Positions 22,177 through 31,926 of a DNA stretch of 64,000 bases are shown here, piece by piece (the first letter of the stretch is position 1; the number at the start of each line of letters is the position of its first letter). Source of the stretch: an uncultured archaeon (GTDB taxonomy: Archaea; Asgardarchaeota; Lokiarchaeia; Sigyniarchaeales; SOKP01). The position numbers and the translations under genes were made by a program. Where the stretch lies: NCBI GenBank assembly GCA_964632315.1, contig CAZWEM010000017.1:10879-74878 (forward strand), given 5' to 3'. Below the pieces are notes generated by a model. That model was not told where the DNA came from. It saw only the letters and a program-made list of their open reading frames with translations, and searched no databases.

Positions 22177-22809
22177 TTAAAATTTATTCTCCACGAAGCA
22201 ATTAATTATCCTTATTCTTTTTAAAGGATTAAATATGCCACAATATCTTGGTGTCGAGGAACAATATTCTAGATAATCTTTTCCAAATTTCCTTTCTAAA
22301 AATTTCTCTTCAATTAAAATATAAGGGTGATTTAATGAAATCCAAATTATTGCAAGAAAAAGAGCATGGAAGGACCGACCCCATATTCCTAGTGATATTA
22401 AACCTATCGCTCTAGCTACTGATTGAGGATTTCTACTCCTATTAAATATTCCATCAGTGATTAATTTATCAGGAGTACGCCCGATAGCCCTTAAGAATGA
22501 TTCCATATTAAACATGTAGAAAATATAGATAAACATTGCTATCATGCAAATAAAACTACCAAGTGAAAAGAAAAAGAGATGCAAATTAATTAGAATATTT
22601 TCTTTAAAGAAAGGCCACGTGCTAAAGTAAGCACTATAAACGGTAATTCCAACATAAATCTCATGGTAAAATAGACATGCTGCTGAAGTAGCTCTTGAAC
22701 GACATTGAATCTCTTGATAATTCCTTTTAGTTTGAAATAGGATAAATAATCCTAAACCTATCACTATAGGAGAAATAAGAATGGCTAATATGCGATGAAG
22801 TTCGATCAT
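22177..22809 (-). CDS. Isoprenylcysteine carboxylmethyltransferase / PEMT family membrane protein
   Basis: LITDGIFNRSRNP and EEKFLERKFGKDYLEY...TPR motifs; multiple TM. Confidence 0.85.
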   Translation of the reverse strand: MIELHRILAILISPIVIGLGLFILFQTKRNYQEIQCRSRATSAACLFYHEIYVGITVYSAYFSTWPFFKENILINLHLFFFSLGSFICMIAMFIYIFYMFNMESFLRAIGRTPDKLITDGIFNRSRNPQSVARAIGLISLGIWGRSFHALFLAIIWISLNHPYILIEEKFLERKFGKDYLEYCSSTPRYCGIFNPLKRIRIINCFVENKF

Positions 22810-23026
22810 AAATTTTGAATTCCAATGAATTTCTTAAGTATTAATTATATTGATTTAGACTTTAAATCTTATGATAAAAATTAGCTTTTAAAAGAAAAAA
22901 GAATATTAGGGAATAAGTATTATATAATGTATCTGAACTAACGCAAATCTATAGTTCATAATTGAGATTAATTCCTCAATAATAACGCTTGAGAGTAGGA
23001 TTAAAGATAAGGAGGCTGATGTAAGA

Positions 23027-23287
23027 GTGAGTGAAGAACCCCAACTCCCGATGATTCCAGATATAGGGGATATCCTTGACAGGAAGAAGAGAATGGTTGA
23101 AAAAGTTAGTACTGTATTGAAATGCACTAGTTGTAAAGCGAAGTATACTCGAGAATTTAAATCTGGAGATTTTACCTTTAAGAAACTTTCGGACGAGAAA
23201 TGTAATGAATGTGGTCGAAATAACTCATTAGTTATTGAAGAAATTTATTCTGAATGGATTGATCCGAAGAAGAAAAAACAGAAATAG
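23027..23287 (+). CDS. Small archaeal zinc-binding protein
   Basis: CTSC...REFKSGDF...CNECG; GTG start with GGAGG upstream. Confidence 0.75.
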   Translation: MSEEPQLPMIPDIGDILDRKKRMVEKVSTVLKCTSCKAKYTREFKSGDFTFKKLSDEKCNECGRNNSLVIEEIYSEWIDPKKKKQK

Positions 23288-23373
23288 TTTAAAATCTTTT
23301 TTTATAACCCACATTATCCCTTGATAACTGATTATTATCAGAGATAGAAGAATTAATGATTTAAGAAGACGTG

Positions 23374-24375
23374 TTATTCAATACCCAGTAGTTTTATAAT
23401 AAGATTTGCCATTGAATAGGGATCAAGGCTTTTATCCATCACTAATTTAATATATTCATCAATTTTCCCATTTTCTTCAGAATCTGAATGGAGAATGCTC
23501 TCAACTTTCTTAGTTAATTTATGCTTTAAAATTTGAAGTGTTTCGTTTTTAATGCGATTAACTTGGTAATTTTCAATAATACCTGATTCATTCAAAAATT
23601 CTTGGTGTTTTTTAATTATTTCGAGTAACTTTTCGAAATTCTCTCCACTTTTAGAATTTACTTTTATAATTTCAGGTGTCCAGCTTTTTAATTTTTTATA
23701 TTCTCCTTTTTTTTCATAATCATATTTAAAATTCATCTCGAGCTCCAACATTTGCATGATTTCTGATACTTTTCTATCAGCACCATCCAAATCCATCTTG
23801 TTAACGACGAAAATGTCAACTATTTCCATTATTCCCGCTTTGATCGCTTGAATGTCATCTCCTAAACCTGGAACCAATAGAACGATTACGGTTTGTGCAG
23901 ATCTAAAGATATCCACTTCAGATTGTCCTACGCCCACTGTTTCAACGATGATTATATCACAGCCATAAACATCCAAGATCTTTATCATATCCTCAGTAGC
24001 CCTAGCGAGGCCTCCCAGCTGTCCCCGATTCGCACAACTCCTAATAAAGACGTTTTCAAGCGTGAATTGCTTTTTCATGCGAATGCGGTCACCTAAAATC
24101 GCACCTCCTGTAAGAGGACTAGTAGGATCCACGCAAATAATTCCTACTTTTTTTCCCTGTTCAGTGAAAAAGCTTGTTAAGGTCGATATGAAAGTAGATT
24201 TCCCACTTCCAGGAGCTCCCGTAATGCCTAATATGTATGCATTACCCGTGAATTTATAGATTTTATTAATGATCTCTTCAGCAGCAATAATGTCATTTTC
24301 CGCAATTGTGATTAAACGAGCTGCTGCTCTTGTGTCTCCCTTAAGTAGGCGCTCAATCAGTTCATCTTGAGACAT
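23374..24375 (-). CDS. meaB: MeaB/ArgK G-protein chaperone of B12 mutase
   Basis: GITGAPGSGKST, VDPTSP..GGAILGDRIRM, VETVGVGQSE, NKMD; in operon with mutase. Confidence 0.95.
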   Translation of the reverse strand: MSQDELIERLLKGDTRAAARLITIAENDIIAAEEIINKIYKFTGNAYILGITGAPGSGKSTFISTLTSFFTEQGKKVGIICVDPTSPLTGGAILGDRIRMKKQFTLENVFIRSCANRGQLGGLARATEDMIKILDVYGCDIIIVETVGVGQSEVDIFRSAQTVIVLLVPGLGDDIQAIKAGIMEIVDIFVVNKMDLDGADRKVSEIMQMLELEMNFKYDYEKKGEYKKLKSWTPEIIKVNSKSGENFEKLLEIIKKHQEFLNESGIIENYQVNRIKNETLQILKHKLTKKVESILHSDSEENGKIDEYIKLVMDKSLDPYSMANLIIKLLGIE

Positions 24376-24382
24376 TTGTAAT

Positions 24383-24784
24383 TTATCTCTTTAGGTTCTT
24401 CCTCACAAATTCGACGACTTCTTTTAATTCAGTACCGGGTCCATAAAAACCTTTTAAGCCATGACTTTCCAAAAAGGGCTTATCTTCATCAGGGATTATT
24501 CCTCCCACCCCTACCAATACATCATCGATCCCTTTTTCTTTTAACTTTTCCATTATTATGGGACATAACGCATTGTGGGCACCACTTAAAATGCTGAGCA
24601 TTACTGCATCAGGGTCTTCTTGGATAATGGTATTTACCACGTCATCCGGTGTTTGATGAATTCCAGTATATATTACCTCCATTCCAGCATCTCTTAAAGC
24701 TCTCGCAATTACTTTTGCTCCCCTGTCATGACCATCGAGTCCGGGTTTGCATACTAGTACTTTTATCTTTCTTTTTACTGACAT
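24383..24784 (-). CDS. Acyl-CoA mutase small (cobalamin-binding) subunit
   Basis: KPGLDGHDRG (DxHxxG), SILSG, GGIIP. Confidence 0.95.
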   Translation of the reverse strand: MSVKRKIKVLVCKPGLDGHDRGAKVIARALRDAGMEVIYTGIHQTPDDVVNTIIQEDPDAVMLSILSGAHNALCPIIMEKLKEKGIDDVLVGVGGIIPDEDKPFLESHGLKGFYGPGTELKEVVEFVRKNLKR

Positions 24785-24798
24785 TTTATCACCTTTAG

Positions 24799-26433
24799 TT
24801 AAAATATTGAATCTTCTTCATAAGTTCCGAATACTTCTTTTAGAGTTTCGATAATTTCTCCAACAGACGCATATTCTCGTACAGCATCTATTATATAAGG
24901 CATTAAATTTTCGTTTCCTTTTGCGGCTTCTTTAAGGCTTGATAATTTTTGCTTTAATTTCTCATTATCTCTTTCATTCATGATTTTGTGTAAATTATCA
25001 ACTTGCTCTTGCGCAACTTTCTCATCTATTTTCAGAATTGGAGTACTACACGGTTCGCGTATTTTTAAATCATTCACTCCAACGATGATTCTTTCCTTGC
25101 TCTCTATTTCTTTTTGATATTTATACGATGCATTGGCGATTTCTTTTTGAAAGAAGTTAGCTTTAATTGCTGGAATCACTCCTCCTAATTCTTCTATTTG
25201 TTGGAAGTATGCTTCCGCTTCCTCTTCCATTTTGTTAGTCAACGACTCGACATAATATGAACCTGCTAAGGGATCGACCGTATCTGCTACTCCAGATTCA
25301 TATGCGATGATTTGTTGCGTCCGCAAGGCAATTTTTACCGCTTTTTCTGTAGGTAACGCAAGTGCTTCATCAAAACTATTCGTATGAAGAGATTGAGTCC
25401 CACCTAATACGGCTGCTAAACCTTGAAGTGTTACTCTTGCGATATTATTTTCCGGTTCTTGTGCAGATAGGCTTACTCCAGCAGTTTGAGTATGAAATCT
25501 AAGCCTCATTGCTTCTTTCTTTTTCGCACTATATTTATTTTTCATGTGCTTTGCCCAGATTCTTCGTGCTGCTCGATATTTACATACCTCCTCGAAAAAA
25601 TTATTGTGAGCATTAAAGAAGAAGCTCAAGCGCGGTGCAAAGTCATCCACATCTAGCCCTCGTTCCATTGCAGCTTCTACATAAGCAAATCCATCAGCTA
25701 AAGTGAAAGCTAATTCTTGAACTGCCGTAGATCCCGCTTCTCTTATATGATATCCTGAAATCGAGATAGTATACCACTGCGGGACGAATTTATAGCAATA
25801 TTCTATCGTATCAACAATTAAGCGCATTGATGGTTCAGGAGGGAAAATCCATGATTTTTGCGCAATATATTCTTTCAATATATCATTTTGAATGGTACCT
25901 CTAAGTTGATCTGCAGAGTGTCCCTGCTTTTCGGCTGTAACGACATACATTGCAAGTAATATAGATGCTGGTGCATTAATAGTCATTGAAGTGGAGATCT
26001 TGGACAAATCTATATCTTTAAATAAAGTTTCCATGTCTTTTACGGTGTCAATACTGACTCCTTCTTTCCCGATTTCCCCTAAAGCACGTTCATTATCTGC
26101 TTGAATCCCATAAATGGTATGCAAACTAAAAGCAACGCTCAAACCAGTTTGTCCATGCTCGAGTAAAAATTTATATCGTTCATTTGTTTGACTCGCAGTT
26201 CCAAACCCAGCGAACTGGCGCATTGTCCATAATCGTCCCCTATACATATTCTTATAAGGGCCACGAGTAAAAGGATAGCTTCCTGGTTCCCCTAAATCCA
26301 TTTCATAATTAAGATCCTTTATATCTTCGGGAACGTATAAGCGCTTTATTTCAATATCCGATAAATTCTTAAATTTTTCTTGACGTTCTCCTTTTGAAGG
26401 CCGTAATGTTTTTTGTTCATCTATTTCCGTCAT
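24799..26433 (-). CDS. Acyl-CoA mutase large subunit, isobutyryl-CoA-mutase-like (IcmA-type residues)
   Basis: MCM-family motifs (PFTRGPY, QNDILKEY, ISISGYHIREAG, HTNSFDEA); Phe74 and Gln192 at the MCM Tyr89/Arg207 positions. Confidence 0.85.
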   Translation of the reverse strand: MTEIDEQKTLRPSKGERQEKFKNLSDIEIKRLYVPEDIKDLNYEMDLGEPGSYPFTRGPYKNMYRGRLWTMRQFAGFGTASQTNERYKFLLEHGQTGLSVAFSLHTIYGIQADNERALGEIGKEGVSIDTVKDMETLFKDIDLSKISTSMTINAPASILLAMYVVTAEKQGHSADQLRGTIQNDILKEYIAQKSWIFPPEPSMRLIVDTIEYCYKFVPQWYTISISGYHIREAGSTAVQELAFTLADGFAYVEAAMERGLDVDDFAPRLSFFFNAHNNFFEEVCKYRAARRIWAKHMKNKYSAKKKEAMRLRFHTQTAGVSLSAQEPENNIARVTLQGLAAVLGGTQSLHTNSFDEALALPTEKAVKIALRTQQIIAYESGVADTVDPLAGSYYVESLTNKMEEEAEAYFQQIEELGGVIPAIKANFFQKEIANASYKYQKEIESKERIIVGVNDLKIREPCSTPILKIDEKVAQEQVDNLHKIMNERDNEKLKQKLSSLKEAAKGNENLMPYIIDAVREYASVGEIIETLKEVFGTYEEDSIF

Positions 26434-26613
26434 AATTTAAACCCAAGTTAATAAAAATAAAGCCTCAATTCTTTAAACAAATTGAAATGGGCTATTCTAT
26501 GTTTTAATAAATTACGAAATTTAATAATCTTTATTAATTTAAAATCTGGTTCTAAATCCACTCGTTTTAACCTTTATATATCATAAAACCAAATATTAAA
26601 ATAAGGATTTATC

Positions 26614-27876
26614 ATGACAAATGAAAAGTTAACTCGTAATATCTTATCTTCAATAGCTTTAGTCTCTTTAGCGGGAAACATTGCATGGGCCGTAGAGAAC
26701 CAATATTTTAATGTTTTTCTTTTTAATTTTCTTTCACCTAATCCCATCTACATATCTATAATGGTTGCAGTTTCTACCATTGTTGGAACGATTACGACAA
26801 TAATACTCGGTTCTTTTAGTGATGTCAAGGGAAAGAGGAAACCCTTTATATTGTATGGATTAATTTTTTGGGCAATTACAACGGCTATTTTTCCCTTAAG
26901 TGCCTTTTTCTTACCATTTGGGGTAGCATTTGCGGTCTTCATAGCAATCCTTTTTGATTGCATTATGACTTTTTTTGGGGCGACCTCTTTGAATGCTGGG
27001 CTAAACGCATATATTACAGATATTACTACTCTTGAAAATCGAGGAAAGGCTATGGGAATCTCACAGATGATGAATCTTATTGCTTTAATCACCGTTTATG
27101 GTGGTGCCGGTGTAATAATAGATGCATTTGGCTATTATGGATTCTTTTATCTCATTGGTGGATTAGTAGCAGTAATTGGAATTAGTGGAGGTTTAATCGT
27201 GAAAGATTCAAGACTTCTCGAACCATTAGAAGTTGGTACATTTCGAAATATATTAAATACTTTCAAGAGAACTCACTTGAGTACTCATAAGAATTTCTTT
27301 ATCGTATTATTGGTAATTATGGCATGGTCAAGTGGATTCTATGTCTTTTTTCCCTACATTTTAATATATCTCCAACACTACCTTAACTATTCTATATTTA
27401 TTGCATCAGTATTAGTATTAATTCCATTTTTGATTTCAATCATACTGGCTTATCCATTAGGGATGATTACGGATAAGTTGGGACGAAAAACAACCACCCT
27501 CATTTCGACTTTTACATTCTTCATTTTTGCCTTTCTCTTTGGTTTGTTTAAAGATGTTGTAACTATTTCTATTATGGGGTCTCTTTGGTTGCTTTCTTAT
27601 ACTGCAATCTCTGTTGCTACTTTTTCATGGGCAAAAGATTTATATCCCGAAGAAGGTCGAGGACAATTTAGTGGGTATTGGAACTTATTTTCAGGGACAA
27701 TACCAATGATCATCGGACCATTCATTGGTGGATGGTTAGCAACTCAATTCGGACAAGTAAAGGAAATTAATGGCCAACTTGGTTATGTCCCTACACCTAT
27801 TATTTTTTTCATTGGAGCTATCTTGATATTAACTGCTTTAATCCCTCTTTACTTTGCGAGGGAGAAAAAAGAATAA
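26614..27876 (+). CDS. MFS transporter
   Basis: About 12 TM; motif A GSFSDVKGKRKP and GMITDKLGRK. Confidence 0.9.
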   Translation: MTNEKLTRNILSSIALVSLAGNIAWAVENQYFNVFLFNFLSPNPIYISIMVAVSTIVGTITTIILGSFSDVKGKRKPFILYGLIFWAITTAIFPLSAFFLPFGVAFAVFIAILFDCIMTFFGATSLNAGLNAYITDITTLENRGKAMGISQMMNLIALITVYGGAGVIIDAFGYYGFFYLIGGLVAVIGISGGLIVKDSRLLEPLEVGTFRNILNTFKRTHLSTHKNFFIVLLVIMAWSSGFYVFFPYILIYLQHYLNYSIFIASVLVLIPFLISIILAYPLGMITDKLGRKTTTLISTFTFFIFAFLFGLFKDVVTISIMGSLWLLSYTAISVATFSWAKDLYPEEGRGQFSGYWNLFSGTIPMIIGPFIGGWLATQFGQVKEINGQLGYVPTPIIFFIGAILILTALIPLYFAREKKE

Positions 27877-28005
27877 TAAATTTGTTTTTTTCCTTTAATA
27901 TTTTTGTTTTTTTATTAAATTATAAAGGTTTACGATTTGATATTACTTAAATAATAAAAATAGTATTAATTTATCATGTCTATAGAAACTAGTAGGTAGA
28001 TTTTA

Positions 28006-28737
28006 TTGAGTTTAGAATCCTTATCTCAAGTTGAATTGATTCAGGTAACTTTTAGCTTAATATTTGTGGTTGTTTCGCTTATCTTAGGCTTTCGTATATT
28101 ATCAAAATACTTTGGAACTGGAGAAAAGATCTATATTACGGTAGGATTGACTTGGGTTTTTCTTAGCTCTGCATGGTGGGGAAACGCCATTTCATTTTTT
28201 ACATTTCTGCTTATGGATGTAGAAATTCCCGTTTTTTGGGATCTATTTTTAGGTAACATTTTCTTAGCTCCCGCGGTGGTCTTGTGGGTGTATTCTTTTT
28301 GCTACCTAATATATCCCCAATTTAAAAAAAAACTCTTATCGATCTATTTAGTGATTTGTGTTACATATGAAATCTTCTTAATAATATTTTTCTTCATTGA
28401 TCTGGACATTATAGGACAATCAACAGCGCGGTTTAATACAGAACATAATCTTTATCCTTTTATGTTTCAAGTTTTTGCGATCTTGACTGCGTTAATAAGT
28501 GGAATTTTAGTTGCAAAAGCATCAATAAAATCAGACGATAAGAAAGTCAAAGCGAAAGGGTGGTTTTTATTATTAGGTTTTCTTTCATTCACGATTGCAG
28601 CTATTTTTGATGCTGCTATTCCAATGGATGCCTTCACGTTGGTGATAATAAGAACGATCTTGATTTTAAGCGCTTTTGAATATTATTTGGGATTTTTACT
28701 TCCAAAGAAACTGGCAAATTGGATAACAGGATCTTAA
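28006..28737 (+). CDS. Stand-alone 7-TM membrane protein
   Basis: Seven hydrophobic helices, basic loop SDDKKVKAKG before TM6, YYLGF..P C-terminus; TTG start. Confidence 0.7.
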   Translation: MSLESLSQVELIQVTFSLIFVVVSLILGFRILSKYFGTGEKIYITVGLTWVFLSSAWWGNAISFFTFLLMDVEIPVFWDLFLGNIFLAPAVVLWVYSFCYLIYPQFKKKLLSIYLVICVTYEIFLIIFFFIDLDIIGQSTARFNTEHNLYPFMFQVFAILTALISGILVAKASIKSDDKKVKAKGWFLLLGFLSFTIAAIFDAAIPMDAFTLVIIRTILILSAFEYYLGFLLPKKLANWITGS

Positions 28738-28916
28738 AATTTTCTTTTTTATCCATTTTATGATCAGTTCAAAAAAATCTTTTCTTTTTTTAATATTCCA
28801 ATCTAGCATAAAATGATTCATTCACTTCTCGACGAACTTTTACTACCTAATATATAGCTAAGTTTTATATACTCTAATTTTGAAAGAAGAATGAGTTAGG
28901 AAGAATATTAGGGGGT

Positions 28917-29030
28917 ATGGTAAAAATGAAATTTATGAAATTTTATACTTTAATTTTATCTATCATTGGAATTAGTGCGCTTGGAGCGTTAGGATTCATA
29001 ATTGTTTTGCTTGGTAGTCTATTTCTCTAA
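28917..29030 (+). CDS. 34-37-aa single-TM microprotein (not in ORF track)
   Basis: Hand translation MVKMKFMKFYTLILSIIGISALGALGFIIVLLGSLFL; AGGGGGT and TTTTATAT upstream. Confidence 0.5.
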   Translation: MVKMKFMKFYTLILSIIGISALGALGFIIVLLGSLFL

Positions 29031-29071
29031 TTATTTCTCAACATTGAATCCAAATTATATTTCGTAATTCT

Positions 29072-30412
29072 TCAATCGTTCAAATTCGGAAAATTTTCTC
29101 CGGCATCGACCATTTTCTTAGTTAATTTTTGAGTTAATTCAGATTTAATTTCATTATAATCAGGGTAGTCAATCAAATTGTTTCTCTCGTGGGGATCCGA
29201 CTCTAAATCGTATAAATATTGTCCCACGTATTTATCACTTTTAGCATATAAAAAGCCACTTTTCTTAGGTGCTTGCATGGCAAATTTCCATCTTGTGGTT
29301 CGGATTGCTCTTCCAACTTGTGATTCACTAATTTGAATGAAAATTTCATCATCCCACGATGGATCATCTTTCTCAACTAAATTTTGGAGTTTTTTTCCTC
29401 TCATCTCATCTGGAATCGTTATTCCTGCAATCTGCAAAATAGTAGGAGCAACATCAATAAGACTTACTAATTTATTTATTACTTTACCACCACTATAACC
29501 AGGGCCCTTAATGATTAAAGGAATTCTAATAGAAGATTCATGACATGATCGCTTATACTCCCAAGTTCTCGTTCGAAAATGACATCCATGATCACTACAA
29601 AAAATAAAAATAGTGTCTTGAGTAAGTCCTAAATCTGAAATTTTTTCAATTATTTTATGCAAATTAGAGTCAATGCGATTACAACAACCTAAATAATCTG
29701 GATAAAATTCTTTCCAATCTCCTTGAGTGTTGACGAGATCACCTGGGATCTCATAATCACTGAATTTTTCTTTACTTCCTTTTGGTCCTACTACTTTTTC
29801 AAAATCATTTTGTTGATGGGGCTCTAAGAAGGATAAAAATAAGAAAAAAGGTTTTTGTTGGTTATAGGAGTCTAAAAAATCTAATGCAAAATCAGTCAGA
29901 CAATCAACCCTATAACCTTTGAAGTCTATTTTTTCCATATTATGGTTGAAAAGATGTCCCTCATATGGATGAGAAGTAAACTCAAGTAAATCTGATGCTA
30001 GCCAGTAATCCTCATATCCTCCTCTCCTCTCCATTGGAATCGCAGCAGTTGTAAAATCTATTTTAGGCCCTACGTTTTCTTTGGACAATAAAATTGTGCT
30101 TGCTAAATGCCATTTTCCAATATATGCTGTAGTATATCCTGATTCTGAAAGATAATCAGCAATTGTTTTTTCATTTAATGGAAGTGCAATTCCATTTCGA
30201 TAGCACATCGTTTCAGTTGCATATTTTCCAGTTTGAATAATTGATCGTGCTGGACCACAAACTGGTTGATTAGTAAAAGCATACCGAAATAAAACCCCCT
30301 CTTTAGCCAGTTTATCTAAGTTAGGAGTGATATCTAACTTCTGACCATAACATCCGCAAGTATCGAACCGTTGTTGGTCGGTTAAAATAAAAATAATATT
30401 TGGCTTATCCAT
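29072..30412 (-). CDS. Formylglycine-dependent (Cys-type) sulfatase
   Basis: KPNIIFILTDQQR, CGPAR (CxPxR), GKWHL, SDHG, LYDLESDPHE. Confidence 0.93.
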   Translation of the reverse strand: MDKPNIIFILTDQQRFDTCGCYGQKLDITPNLDKLAKEGVLFRYAFTNQPVCGPARSIIQTGKYATETMCYRNGIALPLNEKTIADYLSESGYTTAYIGKWHLASTILLSKENVGPKIDFTTAAIPMERRGGYEDYWLASDLLEFTSHPYEGHLFNHNMEKIDFKGYRVDCLTDFALDFLDSYNQQKPFFLFLSFLEPHQQNDFEKVVGPKGSKEKFSDYEIPGDLVNTQGDWKEFYPDYLGCCNRIDSNLHKIIEKISDLGLTQDTIFIFCSDHGCHFRTRTWEYKRSCHESSIRIPLIIKGPGYSGGKVINKLVSLIDVAPTILQIAGITIPDEMRGKKLQNLVEKDDPSWDDEIFIQISESQVGRAIRTTRWKFAMQAPKKSGFLYAKSDKYVGQYLYDLESDPHERNNLIDYPDYNEIKSELTQKLTKKMVDAGENFPNLND

Positions 30413-30425
30413 TAACTTATATAGT

Positions 30426-31562
30426 TTATACTACTTTATAAGCCTCAGTTATTGCTGAACAACCACCACATTTAACGCAGCCTGCTTTGTGCTCAAGTGG
30501 ATTGACGTCCATTGATTTCATGAATTCTGCTGCTTTGATATATATTTTTTTAAGATCATCAATGTTGCTTCTTGGTAAATCTTTCCTACCAGGAACGGAT
30601 CTCACGGGAGTGATGAATGGAATGACCCCTAATGAAACGATTTTTTCAATTTCTCCCGTTATTTTCTCAACAGATTCCCCAAAACCAGTCAATACAAAAG
30701 TTTCCACTTGGCTTTTTCCAAAAACATCTAAAGCATAGCTCCAATTTTTTTCAAACAGTTTTTTAGATAAATGTGATTTTCCAGGAGTGATTTCCTTTCT
30801 AATTTCTTCATCAAGAATTTCGATGTGAATGCCAATCGTATCTGCTCCGGCTTGTTTCAATTCATCTATATATGATAGATTATCCACTGGTTCGATCTGA
30901 ACGTGTAATGGAAGGCTAGGATTTTCTTTTTTAATGCCTTTTAACATTTCTACATATCTATTTGCTCCCTTATCAGGGTTCTTATCCGTGCCCGAAGTTA
31001 ACGTCATATGGGAGCATCTCCCCTCTTCTTTTGCGACTTTAATCACTTCATTCATTTGTGAGGCTGATTTTTCGAGAATTGTTGAATCATCGTTCAAGCT
31101 TAATTCCAAGCCACAGAACTTACAAGCTTCACCACACGCCCAATAAACACATTTTTGATAAATCGTACTCGCTAAACAATCCACGCCATGAACTAACGCA
31201 ATTTTTTTCATCGGAATTCCGTCTGATGTTACAAAAGTCGGATCATAATAATGAGGGTTGGGAACGAGTTTCAATTTCATTACGGTTTCATTAGTTAAAT
31301 TATCATTGATTGTAAGATATTCTCCTTCTTTTTCGGTCAGTACGAGATTTGTAAGTGTTGGGTTATCCCAAAGTGCGACATTAACTAAACTATTATCTTT
31401 GAAGAGAAAATATCTACCTCCTAATGGTCCAGCACCACCCTTTCTACCAAAATTCAGGTCGATACCTTGTCTTAGATAACTATCCCTCAAATTTTTATTA
31501 AGATATAACCCTTTAACCAAAAGTTCTGTCTTTTTTTCAAAAACAGTTCGGATATCAATCAT
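30426..31562 (-). CDS. Radical SAM protein, MSMEG_0568/NitD-like
   Basis: RKGGAGP, IALVHG.DCLASTI, C-x8-C-x2-C (also contains CGEACKFC), C-terminal AGCVKCGGCS. Confidence 0.8.
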   Translation of the reverse strand: MIDIRTVFEKKTELLVKGLYLNKNLRDSYLRQGIDLNFGRKGGAGPLGGRYFLFKDNSLVNVALWDNPTLTNLVLTEKEGEYLTINDNLTNETVMKLKLVPNPHYYDPTFVTSDGIPMKKIALVHGVDCLASTIYQKCVYWACGEACKFCGLELSLNDDSTILEKSASQMNEVIKVAKEEGRCSHMTLTSGTDKNPDKGANRYVEMLKGIKKENPSLPLHVQIEPVDNLSYIDELKQAGADTIGIHIEILDEEIRKEITPGKSHLSKKLFEKNWSYALDVFGKSQVETFVLTGFGESVEKITGEIEKIVSLGVIPFITPVRSVPGRKDLPRSNIDDLKKIYIKAAEFMKSMDVNPLEHKAGCVKCGGCSAITEAYKVV

Positions 31563-31926
31563 AAAAAGCGTACCATTCCATGTTAAAAACTTTAAACAAC
31601 ATGATAGTAATAATTCTAAAGCTTAAATTTGTATTTTTTATTAATTGTAAGAGGTTGGTTCGATGGATAAAAAAAAATACTATTTTTGTAAAGACAAGAT
31701 GTTAACTTACAAAATAAAGTATCGCTTTCTTACATTCAAAATTGAAAGCAAATCGATCAATAATTACTATAGGGTGAATTTAAATCTATAAGAAGAATTT
31801 TTGAATTAAAGTAATTCTAAATCACCTCTTTAATGCCTTAGGATAAAGTTTATTAAAAATACATCACTTTGACTATTAATTTTAATATTAGGAAACGAGA
31901 ATTATTTAACCTATTAGTGAATTAAA

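Noticed and set aside
24799-26433. Default label methylmalonyl-CoA mutase
   Set aside because: The Tyr/Arg carboxylate-binding pair is replaced by Phe/Gln
17532-28737. The two 7-TM proteins as rhodopsins
   Set aside because: No Schiff-base Lys motif visible in TM7 of either protein
30426-31562. Canonical anaerobic sulfatase maturase (anSME)
   Set aside because: No SPASM cysteine array; motifs fit the MSMEG_0568-like family instead
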